From: a virus
Length of the DNA: 42,749 nucleotides
Virus record (IMG/VR): IMGVR_UViG_3300014208_000028
Location: 157,123 to 199,871 of that record
Direction: 5' to 3' (one strand)
Position 1 is the first letter of the stretch. The number at the start of each line of letters is the position of its first letter. Made by a program: the position numbers and the translations under genes. Below the pieces are notes generated by a model. The model was not told where the DNA came from, did not search any database, and was given only the letters and a program-made list of their open reading frames with translations. Shown here in pieces: positions 26,031 through 33,708 of the stretch.

Positions 26031-26068
26031 TAATATTTATACCATAAAAAATAAAAAAATATCATACT

Positions 26069-26104
26069 AAAAAATTTGGAGGAGAATTAGTCCTCCAATT
26101 TTTT
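26069..26104. terminator. Probable bidirectional intrinsic terminator
   Basis: TTGGAGGA/TCCTCCAA stem flanked by A and T runs. Confidence 0.7.
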
Positions 26105-26106
26105 AT

Positions 26107-26388
26107 CTATCTTTCTATAGGTTTATTACATCCATGCTCAACTTTATATTCAGGATTAACACATTCTATTTTATAATTTCCATCATATTTAATAGCTACA
26201 TAATCTGTGTAGATATGTATCGTAGTTATCCAGAAAAATATTAATATTAATATTGTAGAAAATATAATAGGGACACTTGTTACTGCCTTTTTTAAAGTAT
26301 CATTAGTATTTTGCCCTAACCAGAAAATTATTGTAATTGAAATCGCCGCCGCTAAAATAGTTGCCAACATTGCATATAAACTAGGCAA
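26107..26388 (-). CDS. Membrane protein with two TM helices
   Basis: Two long hydrophobic stretches; TTG start after AGGAG. Confidence 0.65.
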   Translation of the reverse strand: MPSLYAMLATILAAAISITIIFWLGQNTNDTLKKAVTSVPIIFSTILILIFFWITTIHIYTDYVAIKYDGNYKIECVNPEYKVEHGCNKPIER

Positions 26389-26439
26389 TATAATCTCCTT
26401 TTTAAGTTTGCAAATAGTATTACTATTTAGTACTTTTTA

Positions 26440-27537
26440 TTAACCTTCTCGTATAACTTTAACAAATTTACAGGCCTTGGCCCTAATTTTTTGAGGATAT
26501 TGAGGATGTCCTCCAAAACACCTACAATCACTTAATTTTGCTCTAACTAAAAGTATTTTGTATTTCACATTTTTAGGTATAAATTCTAGTAGGCCGCTTT
26601 CACTGTCTGCTAAGTGTAATCCAGGCCCGCACTCACCTGTAAATGACTCATTCCAATCAGGACAAATAATCTCTTTTCTCGTAATATAATTTATTTTTCC
26701 AGTATAGAAATCTGTCCCATTATATTTTACTGCTTTATAAAAATATCCGTACCCTTTTACAATTCTAATTCCTTTTAAAGCGCACCAATCATCTATATTT
26801 GATGGATATTTCGGATTAATAATTATGGCTTTATTAGAAATTAATTTTATTTTAGAATTTCCATATTTAATTATAGACGTATAATCCCTAGCCTCGACAT
26901 GTGCGCTTTCCCAAGCCACGACATGTGCGCTTTCCCAAGCCTCGACATGTGCGCTTCCCCTAGCCACGACATGTGCGCTTCCCCTAGCCTCGACATGTGC
27001 GCTTTCCCTAGCCTCGACATGTGCGCTTTCCCAAGCCTCGACATGTGCGCTTTCCCAAGCCACGACATGTGCGCTTTCCCAAGCCTCGACATGTGCGCTT
27101 CCCCTAGCCTCGACATATGCGCTTCCCCTAGCCACGACATGTGCGCTTCCCCTAGCCACGACATGTGCGCTTTCCCTAGCCTCGACATGTGCGCTTTCCC
27201 AAGCCTCGACATGTGCGCTTCCCCAAGCCACGACATGTGCGCTTCCCCTAGCCACGACATGTGCGCTTCCCCTAGCCACGACATGTGCGCTTTCCCTAGC
27301 CTCGACATGTGCGCTTTCCCAAGCCTCGACATGTGCGCTTTCCCAAGCCACGACATGTGCGCTTCCCCAAGCCGCGACATGTGCACTTCCCCTAGCCTCG
27401 ACATGTGCGCTTTCCCAAGCCTCGACATGTGCGCTTCCAGAAACTAATATCCTACTATCTCCAGCAGCTATAATACTTCCTTCATTAATTTCATGATACC
27501 CTGTATCATATCTTTTTATATCACTCATCTTTAACAT
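26440..27537 (-). CDS. Octapeptide-repeat (probable beta-solenoid) protein with C-terminal CGPGLH domain
   Basis: 23 x AHV(E/V)A(W/R)(E/G)S, then YKAV...CGPGLHLA...KIRA. Confidence 0.85.
   Translation of the reverse strand: MLKMSDIKRYDTGYHEINEGSIIAAGDSRILVSGSAHVEAWESAHVEARGSAHVAAWGSAHVVAWESAHVEAWESAHVEARESAHVVARGSAHVVARGSAHVVAWGSAHVEAWESAHVEARESAHVVARGSAHVVARGSAYVEARGSAHVEAWESAHVVAWESAHVEAWESAHVEARESAHVEARGSAHVVARGSAHVEAWESAHVVAWESAHVEARDYTSIIKYGNSKIKLISNKAIIINPKYPSNIDDWCALKGIRIVKGYGYFYKAVKYNGTDFYTGKINYITRKEIICPDWNESFTGECGPGLHLADSESGLLEFIPKNVKYKILLVRAKLSDCRCFGGHPQYPQKIRAKACKFVKVIREG
26887..27438. repeat. 24-bp tandem repeat, about 23 copies
   Basis: Unit gcc(t/a)cgacatgtgcgctt(t/c)ccc(a/t)a. 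Confidence 0.97.
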
Positions 27538-27815
27538 CCTTTCTTAGCTAATCTAGCTTCTTCTTCACTATCATAATAGTGATGGTGTTTAAGTAATTTT
27601 TCTTCTATTTTAATTACTTCTAAACAGCCGCCCAAATCTTCAGACCACATAGAACATTTAGGCTTAATAAAAGCACAATTATCAAGTAATTCTTCAATAG
27701 GCTTTGTTTCAGATTCATGTAAATAGTATACATAACCATTATGGCACCATATAGTATATATACCTGTAGTACTTAAACCTCTATGACATTCTTTATTCCA
27801 ATTTTCACTAGACAT
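27531..27815 (-). CDS. Hypothetical protein
   Basis: Packed ORF with GGAG RBS. Confidence 0.6.
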   Translation of the reverse strand: MSSENWNKECHRGLSTTGIYTIWCHNGYVYYLHESETKPIEELLDNCAFIKPKCSMWSEDLGGCLEVIKIEEKLLKHHHYYDSEEEARLAKKGC

Positions 27816-27816
27816 A

Positions 27817-28179
27817 CTATCTCCAATTTAATAGATATCTATATAGACCTAATTCCTCATCATTATCGTGCCTTAATCTATTAGGTAAGGCTTCTTCTCC
27901 GATACACTCTCTAATATTTTCCCACATCTCTCCTACTATACATCCCCCATCTAATATAGAATCTCTTATTCTCGCACAAGATAAACAAGTATGATATGTA
28001 TTTATTCCAGGCCCTCCATAAACACTATACTCATATTTTTCACCCGACAAAATTATATCTCCGCACTCACAACATCTACGCCATTTTTTAGATTTATGAA
28101 TAGCATTTCTATAAAAATTTGAACTATCGTAATCAGAATCACAGCTACAAGTACACCCCATCACTCTCCTCCAATCCAT
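27817..28179 (-). CDS. Zinc-finger phage protein (start probably MGCTCSC)
   Basis: CCECG..I..GEKYE...HTCLSC. Confidence 0.7.
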   Translation of the reverse strand: MDWRRVMGCTCSCDSDYDSSNFYRNAIHKSKKWRRCCECGDIILSGEKYEYSVYGGPGINTYHTCLSCARIRDSILDGGCIVGEMWENIRECIGEEALPNRLRHDNDEELGLYRYLLNWR

Positions 28180-28676
28180 AATCCTCTATTACTTAAATTT
28201 ATTTCTATGAGTTCTTTAGTACGGTCACTAATTATCATTTTATCTCTATTTGTCTTATACCATCTATAAGTATCTGGAGTTCCTTGAGCCTTTCCCGCGC
28301 CAATCCAATCACATATCATTTCTCTAATCGCATTTTTAGGCATATCATGTTTTTTAATATTACCTTCAACTTCAGTATCTACTACAGTCCAATACTGCCA
28401 ATGATGATCGTTATGATGAGTATGATGAAGCCAGGCTAAATCAAAATCTAAACTTCCAGTATCCGTAGGTTTATAATATCCAGTAGCATTTCTTATTTGT
28501 TTTTTAGTTCCATCTTCATTATAGAAAAATTTAGCATATGCTATAAATTCTAGCGGCATAAATTTACTCATATCATGTTTTAATCCGCGCCAATAAAGGT
28601 TGCATTTAAAACACTCTACAGTTACGTAGTATTTGTGCATAAATAAGTATTTAAAATAATTTAGATATCTTCTCAT
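28161..28676 (-). CDS. HD-like metal-binding protein (DUF5662-like)
   Basis: HKYYV, HDMSKF, AWLHH.HHN.HHWQYW, EMICDW. Confidence 0.75.
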   Translation of the reverse strand: MRRYLNYFKYLFMHKYYVTVECFKCNLYWRGLKHDMSKFMPLEFIAYAKFFYNEDGTKKQIRNATGYYKPTDTGSLDFDLAWLHHTHHNDHHWQYWTVVDTEVEGNIKKHDMPKNAIREMICDWIGAGKAQGTPDTYRWYKTNRDKMIISDRTKELIEINLSNRGLWIGGE

Positions 28677-28778
28677 AATTAATACCTCCTTTTAGTTTTA
28701 TAATAGAAAATAAAATACATCTATCAATTTCTTCGATTTTATTTTTAAACTTATAAAGAGTGGGGGGAGTATACTTCT

Positions 28779-28997
28779 TCATAACTCCTCCTCATTTATA
28801 AACTTAAAATCATATCTAAATAAACTTATACCTCTATTACTATTAATATCATTAGGAGGAATTCTAATTATGTATCTATCGGTTTTGCCGTGATATACAA
28901 GTAATTCTCCTTTTTCCCCAGCCGCCGCAAAATTACCATCCATATCTGTTACATCTTTAGTTACTTGAATATATTCTTTCATATTAATCTCCTTCAA
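28779..28997 (-). CDS. Hypothetical protein (start probably MKEYIQ)
   Basis: AAGGAG RBS; promoter motif 29001-29009. Confidence 0.6.
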   Translation of the reverse strand: MKEINMKEYIQVTKDVTDMDGNFAAAGEKGELLVYHGKTDRYIIRIPPNDINSNRGISLFRYDFKFINEEEL

Positions 28998-29046
28998 AGT
29001 TATATAACAAAAAATAATGTTTTTTGGCGGGCCAAAATGTATAAAT

Positions 29047-29197
29047 AAAAAAGAGAGGGGTGCCTCTCTAATTGATTCCTAGAAATCCTTCCTTACTTTG
29101 TAAGGATTTCTTGCCCGTCGAATTTTGGGGCACTCAATTGGAGGAGATGTAAGGAACACTCCAAAAGTTTTGGTAGAGAGGAATCACTTCTCTACAT
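29047..29197 (-). ncRNA. Candidate about 150-nt multi-hairpin RNA with own promoter and terminator
   Basis: Promoter 29202-29210; four hairpins; terminator AGAGAGG-CACC-CCTCTCT plus T run; long-range complementarities. Confidence 0.7.
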
Positions 29198-29220
29198 TAT
29201 TTATATAACAAATAATTTAA

Positions 29221-29652
29221 TTATTTTTCACTAATAAAATTTTCTACTAAATCCTCTTCTTTTATATTAATAGTCGGTTCTACATTTTTCTCAATCTGAT
29301 ACTTACGCTTCTCTTCTACTAATTGTATAATATTATTTTTCTCGACATCTGTTAATTGTTTTCCAGAGGGGTTTAATAATCTATAAGAAGATTTTATTCC
29401 TCCATAATTATTCCCATATTTTTTAGCCCCCCCTTCTATATCCTTTAAACACTCATCACAATAAACATTAATTTTGAGGGGGTCTAAAAATGGGGCGGGG
29501 CCGTTAGATACTTGTAAGTAAGTTTTCGGTAATAATTTATCGCATAAAGTACATGATTCTTGAAGTAAAAATACAAAACTCATATCCTTATTTATTTCAT
29601 GAATTTCATTATCTTTAGTGACATACCATTCTTTAACTTGTGTTAAACTCAT
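29221..29652 (-). CDS. Hypothetical Zn-binding protein
   Basis: CTLC...CDEC. Confidence 0.65.
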   Translation of the reverse strand: MSLTQVKEWYVTKDNEIHEINKDMSFVFLLQESCTLCDKLLPKTYLQVSNGPAPFLDPLKINVYCDECLKDIEGGAKKYGNNYGGIKSSYRLLNPSGKQLTDVEKNNIIQLVEEKRKYQIEKNVEPTINIKEEDLVENFISEK

Positions 29653-30083
29653 TCATTCTCCTTTTTATCTTCAACTTCTTTCCACATTCTTATTACATCA
29701 TCTATAGATACTCTATCTTTTAGAAACTCTATACTATCTTTTATTTTCTTTTCATATCCTCTACAAGAGGCTACTGATCCAAGCCACTCACTGTATTTAT
29801 CTTCCGGATCTTCACCATAATTCCCATACTCTTTTCTAATATGTGGAAATGGATCAGGTTCCCCACAAAGTTCGGCGGCTTTATTGCATATTTTACTAGC
29901 AGTAATGACTTCTCTATCAAATCTTTTTGAGCGCCAAATATGGTATTTGATAGCTCTATTTTGTAGAGTCTGTAATTCCCTATCACTTATATCTTCTTTT
30001 TTAATTAATCTCTCAACTATCCAAGTCAAAGTATTTACTGAATGCCTAAGTTCTACTACCTCTCTTTCTAAATCACTGTCCAT
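29649..30083 (-). CDS. Hypothetical protein
   Basis: 144-aa ORF in operon. Confidence 0.7.
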   Translation of the reverse strand: MDSDLEREVVELRHSVNTLTWIVERLIKKEDISDRELQTLQNRAIKYHIWRSKRFDREVITASKICNKAAELCGEPDPFPHIRKEYGNYGEDPEDKYSEWLGSVASCRGYEKKIKDSIEFLKDRVSIDDVIRMWKEVEDKKENE

Positions 30084-30085
30084 TT

Positions 30086-30286
30086 TTATTTTCCTTTTGT
30101 TATCTCATCAATAGCATTAGATATATCAGTTCTAACGTGTTTTTCTTCATCTGTTAATGAAGGGATATGATGGCAAAGTTTACTCATTAAATCGCAAAAA
30201 TCTACACAAACTAAAGATTTATAATGCAGCCCGCCCAATTCCGTATTTAATATATATCCATTATCTTTACGTTCTATACTAGTCAT
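30086..30286 (-). CDS. Hypothetical protein
   Basis: AGGAG RBS. Confidence 0.55.
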   Translation of the reverse strand: MTSIERKDNGYILNTELGGLHYKSLVCVDFCDLMSKLCHHIPSLTDEEKHVRTDISNAIDEITKGK

Positions 30287-30506
30287 CTGTTTCTCCTAAT
30301 GTAAATTGTTCTATTCCCATTAACTTATATACTTCCATCCAAGTAGCTCCACAAGTAATACAATATATATCTTGATAGTATATATGACTATTATAATCAG
30401 TCTCTCCAGAATCTACACTATCTAATTCTTCTGATCCACAATTAGGACATATCGGATAATTCTTTTTTAAATATTCTTTAGATAATTTATCGTCAAAATT
30501 ATTCAT
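30279..30506 (-). CDS. Zinc-ribbon protein
   Basis: CPNCGS...CITCGATW. Confidence 0.7.
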   Translation of the reverse strand: MNNFDDKLSKEYLKKNYPICPNCGSEELDSVDSGETDYNSHIYYQDIYCITCGATWMEVYKLMGIEQFTLGETDD

Positions 30507-31831
30507 AAACTTATATGCTTAACCTCCAATTTTAATGCTTCCATAACCTTTCCCATTTTTATACATAATGCTTTCATCGGTCCTATATTAATATCTTCTA
30601 TAATATATATCTCAGGACTTTTCTTTGTCTCACATTTTCTAGTAATTCTTCCTACAGCTTGTCTAATACGTCCTTCATCTGACATAGGAGTAAGTATTAT
30701 CATCGAATCAAGATCAGCTTGATCAAGCCCTCGTTTAGATAATCTACTTATAGCAAATATAACTTTACAATTTCTTAACATTTCCATACGCTCATCTACA
30801 TCTACTTCTGCTATACATAGCCCCGAATTTTCATATTCATCGTGTAAATCTTTTAATTGTTGCTTACGCTCCCCAAGTACAAGTATTTTTCTACCTTCTT
30901 TTAAACGGCGGTTAATTAAATCTTTTATTAAATTATTCCTTTCTTTATCTAAACTAGCATCAGTATATAATTTAGCAAAATTAAATTTATCCGCCCACCG
31001 CAAAATATAATCTTTTATTGGAGGATTATAAGTACTTTTTACAAAAAATGCTTTCGGATATTGCATAAGTTCCTGGTTAGTAAAAAGTATATTACCCATA
31101 TGATATTCAAATACTTTTTCAGCCCCATCTTTTCGTTTGGGAGTAGCGGACATGCCTAATCTATCTCCAATAAAAATATCAGAAGCTTTAGAATAATGAG
31201 GTGTAGCCACCTCGTCGCACTCATCCCAAATAGTAAATCCAAAATACTTACGAATTTTATAATTAAAATCTTCGCGCCTAGACGAAAGTGTTTGTATCAT
31301 AGCTATAGTAATAGGATGCTCATAATCACAAACATCGCCTTTAATTATCCCCACGCTTTCTACTTCTAAAAATTCCGCTATTCTATCTTTCCATTGTTGT
31401 AATAACTGTCCAGTATTTACTACTATAAGTGTAGGTACTTTACGTCTATATGCTTCTTGTAAAGCTATAACTGTTTTTCCAGAACCACATCCCAATACTA
31501 GTATTCCTTCTTTATCATTTATAGCTTCATAACTTTGTAACTGCATACTTCCCCGCCAACTTACTTTAGATTCTATTTTTATAGTCTCATATTTTTTGGG
31601 GCGTAAATCTATAACTTCCATTTTAGAATTTAGTTTTTCAATAGGTATAAATCGGCGAGGCACTATAATATGATTTTCTAATTCAGTATATTGAGTAAAT
31701 TTTTCACCGCTGGAATGTTCAAATGTTAAAGCTTGTTTAATACTTTCTATATGAACTTTAGATTTAGGAATATATAATCCCTCTCTAATATATAAAGTAT
31801 CTTTATCAGATGGTTTTAAATAGAAACTCAT
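30503..31831 (-). CDS. Superfamily 2 DNA helicase (UvsW/ResIII-like)
   Basis: GCGSGKT, DECD, SATP.R.DG, GLD...LD, QAVGRITR. Confidence 0.92.
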   Translation of the reverse strand: MSFYLKPSDKDTLYIREGLYIPKSKVHIESIKQALTFEHSSGEKFTQYTELENHIIVPRRFIPIEKLNSKMEVIDLRPKKYETIKIESKVSWRGSMQLQSYEAINDKEGILVLGCGSGKTVIALQEAYRRKVPTLIVVNTGQLLQQWKDRIAEFLEVESVGIIKGDVCDYEHPITIAMIQTLSSRREDFNYKIRKYFGFTIWDECDEVATPHYSKASDIFIGDRLGMSATPKRKDGAEKVFEYHMGNILFTNQELMQYPKAFFVKSTYNPPIKDYILRWADKFNFAKLYTDASLDKERNNLIKDLINRRLKEGRKILVLGERKQQLKDLHDEYENSGLCIAEVDVDERMEMLRNCKVIFAISRLSKRGLDQADLDSMIILTPMSDEGRIRQAVGRITRKCETKKSPEIYIIEDINIGPMKALCIKMGKVMEALKLEVKHISL

Positions 31832-32061
31832 TAATCGTGTTTATATCCTTCAGGATATACTATAGATATTCTTGGAAAAGAGTCCACTTCTAAATTTCTA
31901 ACTTGCCAAGTATTAAATAAATCCAACTGTTCTCTACTACAGGTCATAGATAATTCTTTCAAAAAATATCTCATAGCTTTAAAATATCCTGCTCTATCTC
32001 CTTCAGGATCTCCTGTTTCCCAATCTATAATAGCATTACCATCTATAACTTTATGAGACAT
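31831..32061 (-). CDS. Hypothetical protein
   Basis: GGAGG RBS, 1-nt overlaps. Confidence 0.6.
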   Translation of the reverse strand: MSHKVIDGNAIIDWETGDPEGDRAGYFKAMRYFLKELSMTCSREQLDLFNTWQVRNLEVDSFPRISIVYPEGYKHD

Positions 32062-32300
32062 TACTCTACCTCCAAATTATCTTTCCAAAAAACTTTTCCA
32101 TAAATACATCGATCATACATTTTTTCTATAATATCTGTACATTTAGATTTCATAGTAGTTTCATCGTTAGGAAAATCTATACAGGCATCGTTGTAACAAA
32201 TTACCCCTACAGTTTTCTTATCTTTAGAATCTATAATTAAATTAATATCGTCGCATATTCCGCCCAAACCACATTTTTGTTCCATTTTCAAAATCTCCAT
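32061..32300 (-). CDS. Hypothetical protein
   Basis: 79-aa ORF. Confidence 0.55.
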   Translation of the reverse strand: MEILKMEQKCGLGGICDDINLIIDSKDKKTVGVICYNDACIDFPNDETTMKSKCTDIIEKMYDRCIYGKVFWKDNLEVE

Positions 32301-32328
32301 TTAATAAACTGCCAAGACTCTATTATAA

Positions 32329-32487
32329 TTAACTTACAGAGGCTGTTTTACTATTTTTAAACTCTGTTATTAAATACTCTCCTAAAGCTACAAATGCTGC
32401 GGCTGCCATAATTCCGGCTGCCAATTTAATCTTTTTAAACTCCTCTGTCTTAGAAAACTCATTGTACATACCCTTTATTTTTTCCAT
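32329..32487 (-). CDS. 52-aa peptide with one hydrophobic helix (not in ORF track)
   Basis: AAGGAG RBS; MEKIKG...KKIKLAAGIMAAAAFVALGEYLI...; promoter variant at 32524-32532. Confidence 0.6.
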   Translation of the reverse strand: MEKIKGMYNEFSKTEEFKKIKLAAGIMAAAAFVALGEYLITEFKNSKTASVS

Positions 32488-32654
32488 CCTTATTTACTCC
32501 TTTTGTCATGCTTATGCATAAACTATATACCTAAAAACATTATACTATACTTCAAACAATTTTTTAGCGGGCCGAAAATTTTTCGGTCCTTAATTAAAAA
32601 GAAAACGAGTCTTGGCAATATCTATATACCACAATATTTTAATTTTTTTCATAT

Positions 32655-32739
32655 AAATAAGAAAATGCTCGGAAGGGAAACTTGTTCGTCCGCATCCGAC
32701 CGCATTTTCTTTTATCGCAAACTCAAGGTGTCTCTTCAT
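32655..32739 (-). ncRNA. Candidate small RNA (5' single-stranded leader plus hairpin)
   Basis: Promoter motif 32744-32752; 10-bp IR 32659-32668/32702-32711 plus 5-bp inner stem. Confidence 0.5.
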
Positions 32740-32871
32740 ATATTTTATACCATATTTTTTAAGAAATTTTCATTTAATCTTATACTAAAAAATTAGCTGT
32801 AAAGCACCGCTTTACTTCACAACTAATTTTTACCCGACATGAAGTAGTTGAAAGCTATCCACTACTCCAAT

Positions 32872-33138
32872 CTATTTTTTGGTTCGAAAGGAACTACATA
32901 CTTTTCCCTTTTCAGGCCAAGGACCACAATCGGGATGTCCATCTACACAGTTCCTACAACACCTCTCTTCTTTATATTGAGAATATGTCTGCCTTCGCAT
33001 ATACCATCTCCAATACATTTTCCCATCTTTCAAGAGATAGTAAAAGTTAAACTCGCTTCCAATAGTTGAAGACTTCAAAACTATAAGTGACATAATTACC
33101 CAAAACCAAAGATTGGGAATTGGTTCAAAAGACAACAT
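32872..33138 (-). CDS. Small membrane-anchored Cys-rich protein
   Basis: AGGAGG RBS; N-terminal hydrophobic stretch, CCRNC...C...C. Confidence 0.6.
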   Translation of the reverse strand: MLSFEPIPNLWFWVIMSLIVLKSSTIGSEFNFYYLLKDGKMYWRWYMRRQTYSQYKEERCCRNCVDGHPDCGPWPEKGKVCSSFRTKK

Positions 33139-33152
33139 TTCTTCCCTCCTTT

Positions 33153-33347
33153 TTAAAATCTGAGAGTATTAGCAATATCCTTATCACATATTTTGCAAGT
33201 ATGGTATGGATCATCGTCAGAGTACATATCTATTTGAGCCTTGTTTAAGAGTGCTTCCTTCACTGCACAGGCAAAACAGATTGGTTCAAGATTTTTTTCA
33301 TGATCTTTTGTAACTTTAAAATAGACGTTTATCCTACCTTCCATCAA
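33153..33347 (-). CDS. Small Zn-finger protein
   Basis: CFAC...CKIC. Confidence 0.6.
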   Translation of the reverse strand: MMEGRINVYFKVTKDHEKNLEPICFACAVKEALLNKAQIDMYSDDDPYHTCKICDKDIANTLRF

Positions 33348-33356
33348 TCCCTCCTT

Positions 33357-33611
33357 TTAAATGGTTATGTATCCCGTGCCTTTACCATCTTTAGGCCACC
33401 GAGAATCTTGAGAATGCATCCACTCATGCATCAAATATGTTTTCCCTTTTTTAGTAATGAGTAGAGCACCACAATTACAGCAATCAGAAGTACAGTCATT
33501 AACTTGTTCTTCGGTCAAACCCGGAAATCTAATTACTTTAAAACAATTAGGACAAGTAGTTGTAAATCCCTTTCTTTTGAACCGCGCCAATTTGAACTGT
33601 GCTGAAGTCAT
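33357..33611 (-). CDS. Small Zn-ribbon protein
   Basis: CPNC...CCNCG; AGGAGG RBS; promoter motif 33637-33645. Confidence 0.65.
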   Translation of the reverse strand: MTSAQFKLARFKRKGFTTTCPNCFKVIRFPGLTEEQVNDCTSDCCNCGALLITKKGKTYLMHEWMHSQDSRWPKDGKGTGYITI

Positions 33612-33668
33612 TTATATTCCTCCTTTCCTCTATAATTATATAACAAAAAATTTTTATTTTTAACAAGT

Positions 33669-33702
33669 TATGCTTGATTATTAAATTAGCATATGTTATA
33701 TT
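33669..33702 (+). promoter_or_regulatory. Sigma70-type extended -10 promoter for leaderless tnpB
   Basis: TTGATT 33674-33679, 17 nt, TG-n-TATATT 33697-33702, ATG at 33709; IR TATGCT/AGCATA. Confidence 0.65.
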
Positions 33703-33708
33703 TAAACT

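Noticed and set aside
26887-27438. CRISPR array or DGR variable/template repeat
   Set aside because: Units are contiguous with no spacers and encode an in-frame peptide repeat. Variation is binary, most adenines are invariant, and no reverse transcriptase is in the window.
26871-27447. ORFs 26871..27428 (-) and 26899..27447 (+)
   Set aside because: Shadow frames of the stop-free 24-bp repeat inside 26440..27537.
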